A stretch of DNA of 64,000 nucleotides, from the NCBI RefSeq assembly GCF_006345805.1, contig NC_043000.1, positions 83,142,001-83,206,000 on the forward strand, given 5' to 3'. Positions within the stretch are counted from its first letter, which is position 1. The number at the start of each line of letters is the position of its first letter. The stretch is from Octopus sinensis (lineage: Eukaryota). A program made the position numbers and the translations under genes. This document shows positions 61,991 to 64,000 of this stretch, piece by piece. The notes below the pieces were generated by a model, which was not told the origin of the DNA, ran no database searches, and saw only the letters and a program-made list of their open reading frames with translations.

Positions 61991-62660
61991 ATGCCATGAA
62001 ACTAGCAAACCAGCTCTTATGAGTCAGCATGACTTGAGAACCAAACTTTCCTTTTTTAAGGTGAAAAGGAATGGGGATAGAGTAACTGGAAGGGCTGATG
62101 TGCTGAGGTTGCAAGAGCATATAGGGTAAGTGAGGGATGATTAAAGATGGAGTAGGGGTGAGAGCTGAATATAATGAATATTGAAAAGAGGTGGTCAATG
62201 AAAATATGAGTTAGATGGCAGGTAGGAGGGAGAAGGTGATAGCTGTAAAGATTAGTTAAGGTTGAAAAGCAGAAGTAGTCAGTGGTAAAAAGGGTAGAGG
62301 AATGGTTGATGGGTTGAAGGTAAGGTAGGAAAGAGTTAGTCATAACTGACAGTTATGAAAGAGATGAAGTATAGCAGAATAATAACAATAATCATAATAA
62401 TAATAATAATAATAAAAGCATTGTCACTGTGAATCTTCTTTCCTCTTTCTCCATTATTTTCATTTTTTTTTCCATTTTTTCTTATTTCTTTTTACTCTCT
62501 GTCTTTCTTCCCCTTTTTTCTATCACATGATTTTGTAAATGAACAATCTGATGTCTTTATTTTAATGGCTTACCAATGTGTACTGTGAGTTTCTTTGCCC
62601 TATGTGTCAGGAAGACACTTAGCAAGAAATGGAAACAAAATTGAAAGAGGATAATAATAA

Positions 62661-63018
62661 TAACAAGAGCACTCAGAGAGGGCAAACCTCCACCAAGGCA
62701 ACACCAACATCCTCTCAACAATTAACTGGAGATGATTTTTAAAATAAGAATATCTGAAATAACTCGACTGCTTTCACAAATGAGAACACTAAAAATTAAC
62801 CCGACCACTCTCAAAAATTAAGCAAAAAACTGGAAAAATAATCCAGAACCCTTGTCTGGTACTGGATTGATCCCAAAATCTAATCAGTACCAGTCATGAG
62901 GCCAAACATCTCTGAAAGTTTCATCTGAATCCATCCAGCGGTTCTTGAGATATCTTGTCCACAGAGAAACAAACATGACTGAAAACAATACCTCTGTCTT
63001 CACTAAGGCAGAGGTAAT
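62661..63018 (-). mobile_element. Non-autonomous Helentron-like (HINE-type) element
   Basis: Minus strand begins attacctctgcc...cagaggt (hairpin) and ends ttggtggaggt...ctctctgagtgctcttgtt; sits in an (AAT)n context. Family assignment from recall. Confidence 0.5.
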
Positions 63019-63157
63019 AATAATCCTTTCTACTATAGGTACAAGGCCTGAAATTTGGGGAGAGGGGATAAATCAATTACATCAACTCCAATGTGTAACT
63101 GGTACTTATTTCATCAACCCCAAAAGGATTAAAAGCAAAGTCAACCTCAGTGGAACT

Positions 63158-63205
<48 letters not shown>

Positions 63206-64000
63206 GGAAATGATTAGAGAGAAAGAGGTAACATTTTGGTAGGTAAGTTGCAAGAATGTGCAAGTAATGGCAAACACTGCTTTAGAAGGGTGAGAGATGT
63301 ATGTTAGCAGAAAAGCTGACATGATTTGGTGGTACAGAAGAGTGATTAATGTAAACTGTGAATGGAGGAGGAAATATTAAGAACTAGCTTAAAAGCCGCC
63401 TTAACTGGTGGCTTTTAAGCTGGCTCTTCTTTGGGCCTTGAGCCCAATAATGACACTTCATGCATTGAATACATATTAAATTTTATTAAACTTGACCATC
63501 ATTTTTCAAGCTATGAACAATTTTCGTCAAAACAATGATATAATATGTTGACTCAGAGCTTATTGCAAAGCTTCATGATAAACAACATTGTCTTCCCATT
63601 CAAGGGTCAGTACAATTTTTTTTTCTATCTAACCTTTTTCTTTCTCTCTATTTGTTGATTGCTTTCAACCATCACCAGTACCACCACCATCGCCACCACA
63701 ACTATACACACACCATTTAGACTTCTGATGCCACCACCATCACCACTGTCTTTCACATCCCTTACTGTCACCGTCAATCTTGACCACTTCAGCTACCACC
63801 ACCACCACCACCATCATCACCGTCACCTCCACCTTTATCGCAACTACAGCTCATACTGTTACTATCACCCCATTACCATCTCAACTATCAATCTACTACC
63901 GCCCTCAACATCTCTATGCCTACTATTACTCTTACCCCAGCAAGAAGTGTAGAAGATGTGTCATTCAATAGTGAGAGAAGGGGATCAAAGTGTGACACAC

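Overview
AT-rich, repeat-dense animal genomic DNA, most likely an octopus. That assignment rests on my recall of the abundant tRNA-like SINE families and is not database-verified. The only host gene I can support is the 5' part of CFAP54 (cilia- and flagella-associated protein 54) on the minus strand. I reconstructed 19 coding exons by hand from the ATG at 56591 to 552. All have GT-AG boundaries and consistent phases, total 2796 nt (932 codons), and the gene continues past the left edge. A candidate RFX X-box and two forkhead motifs lie just upstream. The introns and upstream region hold SINEs, LINE fragments, two decayed mariners, a complete non-autonomous Helitron, Gypsy remnants, and a young full-length hAT transposon (TIRs, 8-bp TSD, 713-codon frame broken only by two in-frame TAGs). 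The most unusual signal is three apparently unrelated non-coding units (periods 361, 547 and 340 bp). Each carries a type I hammerhead ribozyme fold and is arranged as about 1.2-1.5 tandem copies plus an inverted partial copy. They look like retrozymes or Penelope-like element derivatives. One hammerhead with a fully intact core lies in the sense strand of CFAP54 intron 1.
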